Of a stretch of 64,000 nucleotides of DNA, positions 7,870-17,944 are shown piece by piece. Position 1 is the first letter of the stretch, and every line of letters starts with the position of its first letter. Location: assembly GCA_024231905.1 (NCBI GenBank), contig JAAEQC010000202.1:5422-69421 (forward strand), in the 5' to 3' direction. Both the position numbers and the translations under genes were made by a program. The notes beneath the pieces were generated by a model. It did no database searches, had not been told where the DNA came from, and worked only from the letters and a program-made list of their open reading frames with translations. This stretch comes from a bacterium (GTDB taxonomy: Bacteria > Krumholzibacteriota > Krumholzibacteriia > LZORAL124-64-63).

Positions 7870-9780
7870 ATGTCCCACCGCCTCAGCGGCGCCGCGCGCC
7901 TGTTCCTGGCCGCCGCCCTCGTCCTGGTCGTCCTCGCCACCATGGCCCTGGCCAAGCCCGACACCCTGAATCGCGACGAGATTCCCGACGAGTTCAAGTG
8001 GGATCTGAGCGATATCTACGCGGACTGGGAAGCCTGGGAACGCGACATGGGTCGCATCGAAGCCATGGTCGAGGAGTACATGAGCCTGAAGGGCACCCTG
8101 GACCAGGGACCGGACCGCATCCTCGATGCCAGCGTCAAGGGCGACGAACTGGGCAAGCTGGCCGCCAAGCTCTACAAGTACCCGGCCCTGCAGAGCGTCA
8201 CCAACACCGCCGACAACGACATCGCCGCCCGCCTGCAGCAGGTGCAGATCCTCTTCGCCCGCTTCGGCACGGCCTTCTCCTGGTTCAATCCTGAGATGCT
8301 GGAGATTCCCTGGGAGACCATGGAGACCTGGCTGGACGACACGCCCGACCTGGAGCCCTACCGCTTCGGCATCGCCGACCTCTACCGCCAGCAGGAGCAC
8401 GTGCTGAGCGCGGACAAGGAGGAACTGCTCAGCTACTACAGCCAGGCCCTCGGCTCGCCGGCCGAGATCTACGGCGAGATCTCCACGTCGGACATCCAAT
8501 ACCCCGAAGTGACGCTGTCCGACGGCGAGACGGTCACCATGACGCCGGGACAGTACTACAACATCCTTGCCACCAACCGGAACCAGGATGACCGGCGCCT
8601 GGCCTTCGAGGCTTTCTACGGCGTCTATCACGAAAAGGCCAACACCTACGCCGCCATCTACAACGGCATCCTCCAGGGCAACTGGGCCTCGGCCCAGGCG
8701 CGCAACTACGACTCGACCCTGCAGGGAGCCCTGGACGGCAACGCCATCCCCACCTCGGTCTACGAGAACCTGGTGGAGATGGTGAACGATGGTGCCGAGC
8801 CCGTGCACCGCTACATTGCCCTGCGCAAGAAGGTCCTGGGGCTGGAGGAGTACCACGGCTACGACGGCAACGTCCCCCTGGTGGACTTCGATAAGACCTA
8901 TCCGTGGGAGACCATCCGTGACGACATCGTGGAATCGGTCGGCCCCCTGGGTCGCGACTACGTTTCGCTCATGGAGGAAGCCTTCTCCGGCGGCTGGGTG
9001 GACGTGTACGAGAACGAGGGCAAGCGGCCGGGCGCCTTCTCGTCCGGCGTCTACGGCGTGCACCCGTACATGCTGCTGAACTACAACGAGACCCTGGGCA
9101 GCTTCTTCACCGCCGCCCACGAGATGGGCCACACCCTGCACACCATGCTGGCCAACGAGAACCAGCCCTACGCCACGTCCGACTACACGATCTTCGTGGC
9201 CGAGGTGGCTTCAACGCTCAACGAGCGGCTGCTGCTGGACCACATGCTGGCCCGCACCGACGACCCCATGGAGCAAGTGGCTCTCCTGACCCACGCCATC
9301 GACGACATCGTCAGCACCTTCTACAGCCAGGTCATGTTCGCGGACTACGAACTGCAGGCCAACAAACTCGTCCAGCAGGGCGTACCCATCACCCGGGACG
9401 TGCTGACCCAGATCTACACGGAGGCCTGGGAGAACCAGAACGGACCGGCCGCCACCTTCGACGAGTTCTACGGCAGCACCTGGACCCGCATCAGCCACTT
9501 CTACGAGGCGCCGTACTACGTGTACCAGTACGCCACCTGCTATGCCTCGTCGGCCCAGATCTACCAGGACATCACCAGCCGCGATGGCGACGTGCGCGCC
9601 GGGGCCGTGGCCAGCTACCTGGACCTGCTGAAATCCGGCGGCAACGACCACCCCATGGAGCAGCTGAAGAAGGCAGGCGTGGATCTTTCCCAGCCCGACG
9701 CCTTCCAGGCCGTCATCGACAACCTGGACCGGCTGGTCACGCGGCTGGAGGCGGTCATGGAGGAGATGGAGCGGTCGTAG
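7870..9780 (+). CDS. pepF: M3B oligoendopeptidase F (PepF), with signal peptide
   Basis: HEMGH zinc motif (FFTAAHEMGHTLH) and M3-family length and architecture. Start MSHRLSGAARLFLAAALVLVV at 7870. Confidence 0.85.
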   Translation: MSHRLSGAARLFLAAALVLVVLATMALAKPDTLNRDEIPDEFKWDLSDIYADWEAWERDMGRIEAMVEEYMSLKGTLDQGPDRILDASVKGDELGKLAAKLYKYPALQSVTNTADNDIAARLQQVQILFARFGTAFSWFNPEMLEIPWETMETWLDDTPDLEPYRFGIADLYRQQEHVLSADKEELLSYYSQALGSPAEIYGEISTSDIQYPEVTLSDGETVTMTPGQYYNILATNRNQDDRRLAFEAFYGVYHEKANTYAAIYNGILQGNWASAQARNYDSTLQGALDGNAIPTSVYENLVEMVNDGAEPVHRYIALRKKVLGLEEYHGYDGNVPLVDFDKTYPWETIRDDIVESVGPLGRDYVSLMEEAFSGGWVDVYENEGKRPGAFSSGVYGVHPYMLLNYNETLGSFFTAAHEMGHTLHTMLANENQPYATSDYTIFVAEVASTLNERLLLDHMLARTDDPMEQVALLTHAIDDIVSTFYSQVMFADYELQANKLVQQGVPITRDVLTQIYTEAWENQNGPAATFDEFYGSTWTRISHFYEAPYYVYQYATCYASSAQIYQDITSRDGDVRAGAVASYLDLLKSGGNDHPMEQLKKAGVDLSQPDAFQAVIDNLDRLVTRLEAVMEEMERS

Positions 9781-9810
9781 GTCGCGCGAACAGCCTGAAC
9801 CGGCTCCGAA

Positions 9811-10506
9811 CTAGATGTCGAACCGGATGCCGACGCTCACCACGTGACGTATCGCCTTCTCCTGGTCGTGCGTCGGTGACACCAGGTGGTAGTGCAGGTC
9901 GTATTCCCGGGAACCCCGCTGCCATTCGACCCCCAGGGTCCAGCGCAGGGCGGTGAGGGTTCCGTCCGGGATATCCGGATCCGCGCCATCGAGCCGGTGG
10001 AACGTCTCCACGGCGGCATACGGTCTGAACGGACCAGTCCTGCGGAGCTTCGCCTTCGCGCGCAGCCGCAGGACCTGCCGCCGGGGAGTTCCGTCGTCCT
10101 CCTCGGCCCGGAACTCCTGCTGCCACTGGACCCTCAGATCGAGATTCGCCGGCCGGGTCGCCACGCGCAGCCGGGAACCGGCGAAGACGCGATGGCGGTC
10201 CTGGAACAGCCCGTCATTGTCGCGCTCGTGCTTGTAGCGGTAGCCGGCCTCGAAGTGCAGCCAGCTCCGTGTCTTGTGGCGTAGGGCCAGCTCCGGCGCC
10301 ACTAGGTTGAGGCGCGAGATCCCATCGTTCCAGCGAAGGTGCTGGGTCAGTGTCGCGTCGACGCCGAGCGGCGTCTTCAGGCGAACCGCCGCGTCGGTCC
10401 ACAGTTCCGATTCGGCCGGATCCCGCGTCTCTCCCCACGCCACGCCGGCAGGCAGGAGGATGCTGCCGACGACAGCCGCGGCAACCGTCAGGTTCAACCA
10501 CTTCAT
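9811..10506 (-). CDS. DUF2490-like secreted/outer-membrane beta-rich protein
   Basis: Signal peptide MKWLNLTVAAAVVGSILLPAGVAWG, followed by alternating hydrophobic/Arg-rich beta-strand pattern. Last gene of the CotH-VTC-DUF4956 cluster. Confidence 0.5.
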   Translation of the reverse strand: MKWLNLTVAAAVVGSILLPAGVAWGETRDPAESELWTDAAVRLKTPLGVDATLTQHLRWNDGISRLNLVAPELALRHKTRSWLHFEAGYRYKHERDNDGLFQDRHRVFAGSRLRVATRPANLDLRVQWQQEFRAEEDDGTPRRQVLRLRAKAKLRRTGPFRPYAAVETFHRLDGADPDIPDGTLTALRWTLGVEWQRGSREYDLHYHLVSPTHDQEKAIRHVVSVGIRFDI

Positions 10507-11141
10507 GGCTCACTCCTTCGGTCGTCGGCGTCGGTCCGGAGCCGGCAGCTCAAGGTCAAGCGAGCCGTGTCGTTCAGCAGGTTCAGGTCCCCCACGTCGA
10601 TCCGGGTGACCTCGAGCCCGGTACGCCGGGCCAGATCGGCGAACAACTCCTCGCGTCGTTCCGGCTTGAGCAGCTCCAGGTTGTCGTAGACGACCTTGTG
10701 GGTAACCTCGCGACCGCTGCCGGGCGCATACGCCATCAGCCAGGTCAGCGTCACGATCACCGTGTTGATGGTCGTCAGCTCGACGAAGCTGACCTTCTTG
10801 TTGGCCACGGCATTCAAGATGGCCAGACCGATCACCACGAACAGGTAGGTCAGATCCCTGGTGCGAATCGGCTCTGTGCGGTAGCGCAGGATTCCGAACA
10901 CGGCGAACAGGCCGAGGGCGAACCCGAGTTCGATGGGCACCTTGCGCAGCAGGAAGCACAGCGAGAAGGTGATGGCATTGAACAGCAGGTACGTGAAAGC
11001 CATGTCGCGACTGCGGTAGAGCCGGTAGTGGATACCGTGGATCACGATCCAGGCGAAACCCAGGTCCAGCACCATGCGCATCACCAACTTGACCATGTCG
11101 CCGGCATCCAGGAACTCCTTCAGTCCGAACATCTCAAACAT
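10503..11141 (-). CDS. DUF4956 domain membrane protein
   Basis: Hydrophobic N-terminal half, then a charged C-terminal domain typical of DUF4956. Stop overlaps the DUF2490 start and its start overlaps the VTC stop. Confidence 0.7.
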   Translation of the reverse strand: MFEMFGLKEFLDAGDMVKLVMRMVLDLGFAWIVIHGIHYRLYRSRDMAFTYLLFNAITFSLCFLLRKVPIELGFALGLFAVFGILRYRTEPIRTRDLTYLFVVIGLAILNAVANKKVSFVELTTINTVIVTLTWLMAYAPGSGREVTHKVVYDNLELLKPERREELFADLARRTGLEVTRIDVGDLNLLNDTARLTLSCRLRTDADDRRSEP

Positions 11142-11886
11142 GACCGATCCTTCCGATGGTGCGCAGCACGCGGTGAAAGCGGTTTCGGCGTAGACCGGGC
11201 GAGAGGATGGCCTGGGCCGTGCAGTACTTCGACATGCCCGAGGGACGGATCCCGCGCTCCCTCAGGACGAGCATGGCCGGGGACCGGGGACGGAACCGGG
11301 GCTGCTTGACCTCGACGATGGCCAGGCCCTCCACCCGGTGCCGCCGGCGACCGGCCTCGAATTCCAGGCCGAGATCCACCGTCAAGCGCTCCCTGTCGTT
11401 CGCGCTCACCAGGGTGATGCGCGAGAAGTTGGTCCAGATCGCCGGGCGGATGACGAACGGGTCGCCGGGCAGGTGGTCTCGGAGAAACTCCGCTTCCGAA
11501 CCGCCCAGGCCGACCTCCAGGAAGCCCAACCGGAGACGTTTCTTGACGGTGACGTTGTGGTTCGTCTTGCGCTTAACCTCCAGATAGGTCAGTTCGCGAT
11601 CCAGGTAGTGGCGCACACGGACCTTGAAGCGGTCGCGCCGCCCGCGGCGGTGCTGGTGGTAGAACGTCTTGTCCGGGCTGTCGAAGTACAGCGTCCGGTA
11701 GGAGGCGATGTTGCTCCCGCCCGCCGGCAGAACGCCGTACGACCCGCCCAGGGTCCGGATGAAGGAATCCAGTTCCGCCGCCGGGTAGAGGAACTTGGTG
11801 TCCACACGGCGCATCAACGCGCATTCGCCCAGGCGTTCGACCGGAACGCGTTGCAGATCATCCAGCATGGTGTTCAACCTATTCAT
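11134..11886 (-). CDS. VTC-domain (CYTH-like, polyphosphate-polymerase-type) protein
   Basis: MNRLNTMLDDL...VDTKFLYPAAE...YRTLYFDSPDKTFYHQH...YLEVKRK..., typical of bacterial VTC (PF09359). ATG at 11884-11886. Confidence 0.75.
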   Translation of the reverse strand: MNRLNTMLDDLQRVPVERLGECALMRRVDTKFLYPAAELDSFIRTLGGSYGVLPAGGSNIASYRTLYFDSPDKTFYHQHRRGRRDRFKVRVRHYLDRELTYLEVKRKTNHNVTVKKRLRLGFLEVGLGGSEAEFLRDHLPGDPFVIRPAIWTNFSRITLVSANDRERLTVDLGLEFEAGRRRHRVEGLAIVEVKQPRFRPRSPAMLVLRERGIRPSGMSKYCTAQAILSPGLRRNRFHRVLRTIGRIGHV

Positions 11887-11942
11887 CGTCGCCTTCCCCG
11901 TTGCGCCCGGTCGTTGGTCGGTACCGTTCCGATCCGCGAGAA

Positions 11943-13343
11943 TCATTGCCTGTCGATGTAGTCTTCGGCCGCCGCTTCACGCTCGTCCACGTGGCTGATC
12001 AGTTCGGAAATCCCCTGGGTGAAGTCGCCGGCCGACCGCAGGAACGTGTAGCCCTGCTGCTCCCCGTCCACGCCTATGGCATAGGGTTCGACGAGGGCGG
12101 CCGCCGCCTGGTAGATGGGGATAATCCGGGCCGGGGAGAAGGGTCCGTCGATGGCGGCCTGGACCCGCTGGACATACTGCGCGTGGTAGACATCGTCGGC
12201 GTGGAGGTACCGGATCAGGGGCCAGCGCGCGTCCACGTCGTCGAAGTCGAAGGACACGGCACCGCCTTGCTTACCCTCCTGCAGCGCCTCGTTGTTGTCC
12301 CAGGGGATCCAGTTCAACAGGCCGGTCTGCGGGTCGTTGTACAGGTAGTAGTTGTGCTCCATCCGCCCGTAGGTGTCCCAGTTCTGAATCACCGTGTTGA
12401 CCGAGAGCCAGTTCAGGAAGACGTCGACATCCAGGGTGCTCTCCAGCCCGGACCGCCAGGCCTCCGGATCCGTTGACCGTGTCCCCGCGTGCAGCGCGCT
12501 GAACAGCGCCGTGATGTCGCTCCAGTCCGCCGCGTCCTCGTTGGACTTCTTCTCGAAATACTCCGCAGTGAACGTGCCGCTGGCGAAGCTGGCACCGGTG
12601 CCCTCGGGTTTGTAGAGGTTGCCGCCGTCCTCGGCGAACTGGTCCTCGGTGACCGTGTCGTCCACCATCTCGACCATGGTGTAGAGGCCGAAGTAGACGG
12701 GCCCCTCGCCGTGGTCGATGTAGAGGCGGCAGAAGACCGTGTGGGCCGAGGCCAGGCCGGCCTCGCGGAAGATATCCGCCACGACCTTCTCCCGGATCAG
12801 CGACGGATCATCGTACCCGCTGGACAGCGAAAGCTGCTTGAAGCCGTGGAACCGCTGGTCCTCGATCTGCGGGTAGGTGTCCTCGAACTCGTCGAAGTCG
12901 AGCTTGAACGGCAGTTTCATGATGCCGCTGCCCCAGGAGGCGCTCAGGCTCGAGTTCCCCTTGAAGCGGATGCCGACCTTGTACCAGTCAATCTCCTCGT
13001 ACGTGATGGTCGACGGCGCCCAGATCGGGTTGTCGTCATCGCCCCCGCGCGGTCTTCCGCCGGAACCGAAGGAGCCGTACCGCGCGGTCATGTCGTCGAG
13101 CATGTCTTGCCAGTCGGAGGCCGCGATCTCGATGTCGAGCCGCTTCACCGCATTCTCCTCGAAGACCTCGTCGTAATCGGGGTCGACGATGTTGCCGTGG
13201 GTGGCTTCCGACCAGTCGGGGATCTCCAGGTCGTCCACGACCTCGGTCCCGCCGGTCGGGGAAACGGAGTCTTCCGTGGAGCAACCTGCCGTCAGGACCG
13301 CCAGAGACAGGAGAAGATGCAGGAGTATCAGGTTGGACTTCAT
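11943..13343 (-). CDS. CotH-family (spore coat protein H-like atypical kinase) lipoprotein
   Basis: Lipobox LTAGCS; CotH-domain motifs (RFKGNSSL, DPSLIREKVV, FCRLYIDH, YLYNDPQTG). Confidence 0.75.
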   Translation of the reverse strand: MKSNLILLHLLLSLAVLTAGCSTEDSVSPTGGTEVVDDLEIPDWSEATHGNIVDPDYDEVFEENAVKRLDIEIAASDWQDMLDDMTARYGSFGSGGRPRGGDDDNPIWAPSTITYEEIDWYKVGIRFKGNSSLSASWGSGIMKLPFKLDFDEFEDTYPQIEDQRFHGFKQLSLSSGYDDPSLIREKVVADIFREAGLASAHTVFCRLYIDHGEGPVYFGLYTMVEMVDDTVTEDQFAEDGGNLYKPEGTGASFASGTFTAEYFEKKSNEDAADWSDITALFSALHAGTRSTDPEAWRSGLESTLDVDVFLNWLSVNTVIQNWDTYGRMEHNYYLYNDPQTGLLNWIPWDNNEALQEGKQGGAVSFDFDDVDARWPLIRYLHADDVYHAQYVQRVQAAIDGPFSPARIIPIYQAAAALVEPYAIGVDGEQQGYTFLRSAGDFTQGISELISHVDEREAAAEDYIDRQ

Positions 13344-13584
13344 GTCGGGGTGTCCTCGGTTCGGGAATGGCCGCCGGGTAGCCTCGCCCTTTTCATGCGA
13401 TGGCTTTCATTGCCGAACCGCCGTCCTCCCGGATCCTTTCGAAATATCTACGAACAACCGTGCCTGGTCGGCTGGAGCAGGTGAAGAAGAAGGAGCGGGA
13501 CCGTGCCCGGCACGGTCCCGCTCCCGGTCGAACCGGTCGTCTTCCCGGCCATGGCTTCCGCCAGGCCCGGCGACCGTGCGGTTG

Positions 13585-16059
13585 TCAGCGCACGAGCGCC
13601 ATCCGCCCCGTCAGCGCCGATCCCCCGAAGCACAGGCGCGACAGATAGACGCCGGACGCAACCTCGCCTCCCGACCGGTCCCGTCCGTTCCAGACCGCCT
13701 CGTACCTTCCTTCGGACCGGGTCTCGTCCACGAGGCGGGCCACGAGGCGCCCCTTGATGTCGTAGATGTCCAACCTGACGAGACCGGCTACCGGGATCTC
13801 GTAGCTGATCGTCGTCTGGGGATTGAACGGATTCGGGGCGCACGGCAGCAGCTGCAGGGCGTACGCAGTAGCCCCGGGTATTCCGGAGGCGCCGTCGTTG
13901 CTCGCACCCGGCGTCGGCGTCGCGTAGAACGACCAGGATGCCGCGCCGTCCGGTGTGCGGCCCTCGCTGACGTTGCTCGTCTGCGCGTCGAACACGTAGC
14001 TGTCGATCACTTCGTTCCCGGCGGCCAGGCGGCCGAACAAACCGATCTCCTCGCCGCTGCCGCCGAGCTTGAAATCGGCGTGGAGAGGACCGTCGGAGCC
14101 GTCGCTGTCGCACCACACGAGGAGGAAGTCCCCGGCCCCCAGCAGCGTGTCGGGGAACGCCCACTGGGTCGTCAGGGCCAGATCGTCCGTCAGGAACAAG
14201 CCGCCCATCTCGACCGCCTCGAGGCCGGGGTTGTAGATCTCGACCCAGTCCTCGTACTCGCTGGCCTCGTCCTGGATGCCGGCGTCGTTCAGGGCCACGA
14301 ATTCGTTGATCCACAGGACGATGGATTCAGGCTCCTCGGGATTCAGATTCTCCGCGCCCGGAGTCGCCAGCGACAGCATCTCCCAGTCGCCGGTTCCGTC
14401 GGACCAACGCCCCCAGGGAACGTCGCTCGCGAGGGCGGGGAAGGTCACCTGGTCGATGATCACCGCGCCATCGGTGAGGTAGATACTCTCGCCGTCGGCG
14501 TCGAGCTTGAACGGGGCGTGCAGATCGCCCTCGGCCGTCTCCCCGTCCGCCCAGACGACCACGTATTCGCCCGGGGCCAAGGTCATCACCGGGAAGGCGA
14601 AGTCCGGGGTGCCCTCCAGGAGGTCGGTCAGGCCCAGGCCACCCAGGTCGATGCTCACCGATCCCGTGTTGGCGATCTCGATCCAGTCGTCGTAGTCACC
14701 GGCCTCGTCGGCGACAGTGGCGTCGTTGGACGCCATCACCTCGTTCAGCACCAGGCCCGCCACGGGCGTCCAGGTGCCGATCAGGCCCGACAGATAGTTG
14801 TAACGCGCCGTGACGAAGGTCCCGAGGGCGGGAATCGGCCGGCCGCCCGGTCCTCCGCTGGAGGCGTAAATGGTCGATGTCATGCAGTTCTCGAAGTCGG
14901 TAGTCGAGAACATGGTGTTGGGGTCGGTGTAGACGTACGGGCGGATCAGGTCCCGCAGTTCCTCCATGCGCGCGGTCAGGGTCGTCGGTTCGGCCGCCCC
15001 GGCCATGAGCTTCTGCATGTGTCCCAGGTAGACGTCGACGTACTGGGGAACCGACCACAGATTCTCCGCCAGGGGACGCTCCTCGCCGTACTGGGTGTCG
15101 ACCCAGTAGGGACTCAGCTGCTGCATCTGGGTCGTGGATAGGCCGTACATGTTGAAGATGCCCCAGGCCTCGTTCTGGTCCCACTTGGTGAAGACGAAGC
15201 GGTCGTCCAGGTCCCGGTGGTAGAAGTAGTAGTTGGCGCAACGGCCCGTGTAGCTATCCAGGTTCACCGTGTAATTGTCCACCGCCAGCATGGCCAGGGC
15301 CGAGTTGACGTCGAGCCGGCCATGCAGGCTGTCGGGCAGGGCCGCCGTGGAGGTGTTGTCGACCTGGTCGATGAAGTCCACCAGGTCGGACCAGTCGTTT
15401 GCCGTCTCGTTGGTCTTCAATTCGTAGTTGTCGTAGTAGGAGGACTCGGCGGCGCCCAGGTATTCCATGGTCCCGTAGGGTTCTCCCTTCCACAGGTTGC
15501 CGTCCTCGCTGGCGCCCCAGCGGCTCTCGATGAACTCCTGGTCCTGCTGCTCGACGATGAGATAGAGGCCCCAGTAGGTGCCGTTGATGTACACGGCGGC
15601 GAAGTTTGAGCGGCAAGTGGCCATGCCCAGGGCGTCGCACAGCTCGTAGGTGGTCTTCTCCCGGACGTAGCTGGGATCGAGGTGGCAGTTGTTCAGGCTG
15701 AACTTGTCCAGGCCGTCCACTTCCTGGCCGGCCACGAACTCGTCGATGTCCAGCTTGAAGGACTTCTTGAGCCCGTAGTAGCCCCAGTAGCTGCTGTTAC
15801 CCTTGAAACGCACACCGATGGTCGACAGGTGGGTCGCGTCCCAGTCGAAGGCAGCCTCGATGTAGGGGGGATCGTCGTAGTCCTCGAAGTTCGTGGTCAG
15901 CTGATCCCACCAGTCCGCCTGGTCGAAGGTCAGGTGGATCTCGTGGACGGCGTCGCCGTCGAAGAGGGGATGGGAGGCCGGAGTCAGGGCGGCGCCGGCG
16001 TCTCGGCTCGCGCCGAAGAGTGCGATCGCGACGAGGGCGAGCAGCGTTGCCTGTTTCAT
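13585..16059 (-). CDS. Secreted CotH-domain protein with two lamin-tail-like (LTD) domains and a T9SS-type C-terminal sorting domain
   Basis: Signal peptide MKQATLLALVAIALFGAS; CotH motifs (RFKGNSSYWG, DPSYVREKTT); two LNE(V/F)...DWIEI(A/Y)N LTD repeats; C-terminal NPFNPQTTISYEIP...IYDIKGRLV...ASGVYLSRL. Confidence 0.75.
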   Translation of the reverse strand: MKQATLLALVAIALFGASRDAGAALTPASHPLFDGDAVHEIHLTFDQADWWDQLTTNFEDYDDPPYIEAAFDWDATHLSTIGVRFKGNSSYWGYYGLKKSFKLDIDEFVAGQEVDGLDKFSLNNCHLDPSYVREKTTYELCDALGMATCRSNFAAVYINGTYWGLYLIVEQQDQEFIESRWGASEDGNLWKGEPYGTMEYLGAAESSYYDNYELKTNETANDWSDLVDFIDQVDNTSTAALPDSLHGRLDVNSALAMLAVDNYTVNLDSYTGRCANYYFYHRDLDDRFVFTKWDQNEAWGIFNMYGLSTTQMQQLSPYWVDTQYGEERPLAENLWSVPQYVDVYLGHMQKLMAGAAEPTTLTARMEELRDLIRPYVYTDPNTMFSTTDFENCMTSTIYASSGGPGGRPIPALGTFVTARYNYLSGLIGTWTPVAGLVLNEVMASNDATVADEAGDYDDWIEIANTGSVSIDLGGLGLTDLLEGTPDFAFPVMTLAPGEYVVVWADGETAEGDLHAPFKLDADGESIYLTDGAVIIDQVTFPALASDVPWGRWSDGTGDWEMLSLATPGAENLNPEEPESIVLWINEFVALNDAGIQDEASEYEDWVEIYNPGLEAVEMGGLFLTDDLALTTQWAFPDTLLGAGDFLLVWCDSDGSDGPLHADFKLGGSGEEIGLFGRLAAGNEVIDSYVFDAQTSNVSEGRTPDGAASWSFYATPTPGASNDGASGIPGATAYALQLLPCAPNPFNPQTTISYEIPVAGLVRLDIYDIKGRLVARLVDETRSEGRYEAVWNGRDRSGGEVASGVYLSRLCFGGSALTGRMALVR

Positions 16060-16226
16060 GTCGGGGTACCTCGCTTGTTGGGCGCTTTGCGGCGACGACG
16101 GACATATCACGGCCGAACCCGCGAGTCCCCGATTCCTTTCAGTGTTTTTTGAAACGCGTGATTTTATTGTGACTGTATAAGAACGGGACCCCTTGGATCA
16201 GGGACCCCGTTCGATCATGCGGTTCT

Positions 16227-16670
16227 CTATCGCCTTCTGCCGGACCGGGCGGCGCGCGGACGATGGTTCGCGACGTATTTCTCGTAGGCCGCCGTCTGGT
16301 CGTCGCGCAGCTCGGACTTCACGTCGCTCTCGAACTTCTCGCGCAGGGCTTCCATCGCCCGGCGATCCGGACGCCCGTCGGCCACCCGATCCTTCACCTC
16401 CGCGAAATGGGCGAAGTGCAGGACCCTGATCTGCTCCTCCTGCTCGCCGGTCAACGAGAGCGCTGCGGACATCTCGTCCACCATCTTCTCGATGCCGGAA
16501 GAATCCGGCAGGGCCGGATGCTGCCCCTGCGGCAGGCCGGCGTACTCGCCGCCCCCGGGACCGCCGCCGCCCGGACGGGGCTGGTTGCCGTCGCCTGGTG
16601 CGCCGTAGGCCACACCCGCTCCCAGCAGCAGGGTCAGCACGACACAGGTCAGTCCGTTCGATGCACGCAT
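16227..16670 (-). CDS. Spy/CpxP-family (LTxxQ) periplasmic stress protein
   Basis: Signal peptide MRASNGLTCVVLTLLLGAGVAYG; Gly/Pro-rich linker; LTGEQEEQIRVL motif; helical charged domain. Start at 16668-16670. Confidence 0.55.
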   Translation of the reverse strand: MRASNGLTCVVLTLLLGAGVAYGAPGDGNQPRPGGGGPGGGEYAGLPQGQHPALPDSSGIEKMVDEMSAALSLTGEQEEQIRVLHFAHFAEVKDRVADGRPDRRAMEALREKFESDVKSELRDDQTAAYEKYVANHRPRAARSGRRR

Positions 16671-16978
16671 GGTCTTCTCCTTCCTCGGTCGTCCGCGATC
16701 GATGGTGTCGGTGTTCGGTAGAACGCTCCAGCGCGGCCGTCCTTTCGCGGGCGGCAAAAGAAACCCGCGGCTCGAGAAGATCCGCATGATGTCCTCCCCG
16801 GTTTCGTGGACGCGTTGGAACGCCAAGAAGCTCCGTCGGCACGCGCTGGTCCGCACGGGAACGATCGAAAAACTGATCGAGAAGGTTCTGGACGAGGAGA
16901 TCGCCGAGGGGCGGGTCCTGCCGGCCCAACAGTCGGGACTTCACCGACTACCTGGAACGGAAAATCTAGACGAGCCGA

Positions 16979-17524
16979 TCACGGGTGCCGTGGCGCCGGC
17001 GGCGGACCGTCCCGAGGCGGCTGTCGCCGTGGACGGCTGTGGATCGTCGGTGCCACCCGGGCGAACATCCGCCGCTGCTCCGGTGTCAGCACGGCGGCCT
17101 CGGCCACCAGTGCCACCGCCGACAGGGAATCCAGCCGCGAACGCGCATCGCTGGCCTCGGCGGTCAGGCGCCGGAAGATCTCGGGATCGAAGTCGGACGC
17201 GCCGTAGGCCTCCGCCAGACGTCGGCCCGTTTCCTCCACCTGGTTCTGGAATTCGACCATCAGCGGCGCGTGGCGCTCCAGCACGGCACGGATGGCCTGC
17301 TGCTGCTCCGCGTCCAGGCCGAGATGCTCCGTGACCCCCCGCACGTGTTGCTCCACGAGATCTCCGGGATCCGGCCGGCCGCCGGGGCCGGGACCTCCGC
17401 CACCGCCCGGTCCCGGTCCCGGCCGGCCACCGGGGGCCTTGCGATGCATCAGGGTGGTGGTCACCATCCCCACGTTCAAACCGAAGGACACCGCCAGCAA
17501 CAAGTAGATGAGCTTCTTCGCCAT
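16979..17524 (-). CDS. Spy/CpxP-family (LTxxQ) periplasmic protein, second copy
   Basis: Signal/TM MAKKLIYLLLAVSFGLNVG; PGGGGGPGPGG linker; LDAEQQQAIRAV and LTPEQRRMF motifs. Confidence 0.55.
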   Translation of the reverse strand: MAKKLIYLLLAVSFGLNVGMVTTTLMHRKAPGGRPGPGPGGGGGPGPGGRPDPGDLVEQHVRGVTEHLGLDAEQQQAIRAVLERHAPLMVEFQNQVEETGRRLAEAYGASDFDPEIFRRLTAEASDARSRLDSLSAVALVAEAAVLTPEQRRMFARVAPTIHSRPRRQPPRDGPPPAPRHP

Positions 17525-17530
17525 GGCTCG

Positions 17531-17944
17531 CTACTCCTGTCCGGTCTGATAGACCGCCAGCAACGAAGTGGATGCCTGGCCACTCCACACAGTCACGCTC
17601 TCGGACCACGACGACTCCGCAGACGACTCCTCGGCGGCGATCCGGATCGGCCCCACCAGGAATCCCAGGATGATGCCCGCCGCGCAAGCTGCGAGGCCGA
17701 AAGCGGGCCGGAGCCGGGACTCCTTCGCGCGGCCGGGCCGCACCCGGTGCCACACGGTTCGGGGCAGTTCCGGCGTCGGAGACGCGGCCAGCAGTCCGGT
17801 CATGGCCGCCAGTTCCTCCAGTTCGGTCCGGCAGGTCGGACAATCCTCGCAATGGGCGGCCACGGCGGCGTCTTCGTTCGCGGGAAGCTCGCCGTCGTGG
17901 TAAGCCTGCAGCACGTGCCCGGCCGGGTGTCGCGTTTCGTTCAT
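17531..17944 (-). CDS. Anti-sigma factor, zf-HC2 type, with C-terminal TM
   Basis: HCEDCPTC motif and hydrophobic stretch AACAAGIILGFLV. Start overlaps the sigma gene stop. Confidence 0.7.
   Translation of the reverse strand: MNETRHPAGHVLQAYHDGELPANEDAAVAAHCEDCPTCRTELEELAAMTGLLAASPTPELPRTVWHRVRPGRAKESRLRPAFGLAACAAGIILGFLVGPIRIAAEESSAESSWSESVTVWSGQASTSLLAVYQTGQE

Noticed and set aside
6946-9141. 731-aa minus-strand ORF in the track
   Set aside because: Only the last 249 codons (7695..6946, strong RBS, TM start) look real. The remainder is antisense to the well-supported pepF gene (HEMGH), which is typical high-GC antisense open frame noise.
13189-15141. 650-aa plus-strand ORF
   Set aside because: Antisense to the CotH/LTD gene. 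Low-complexity Arg/Gly/Pro-rich translation with no domain signal.
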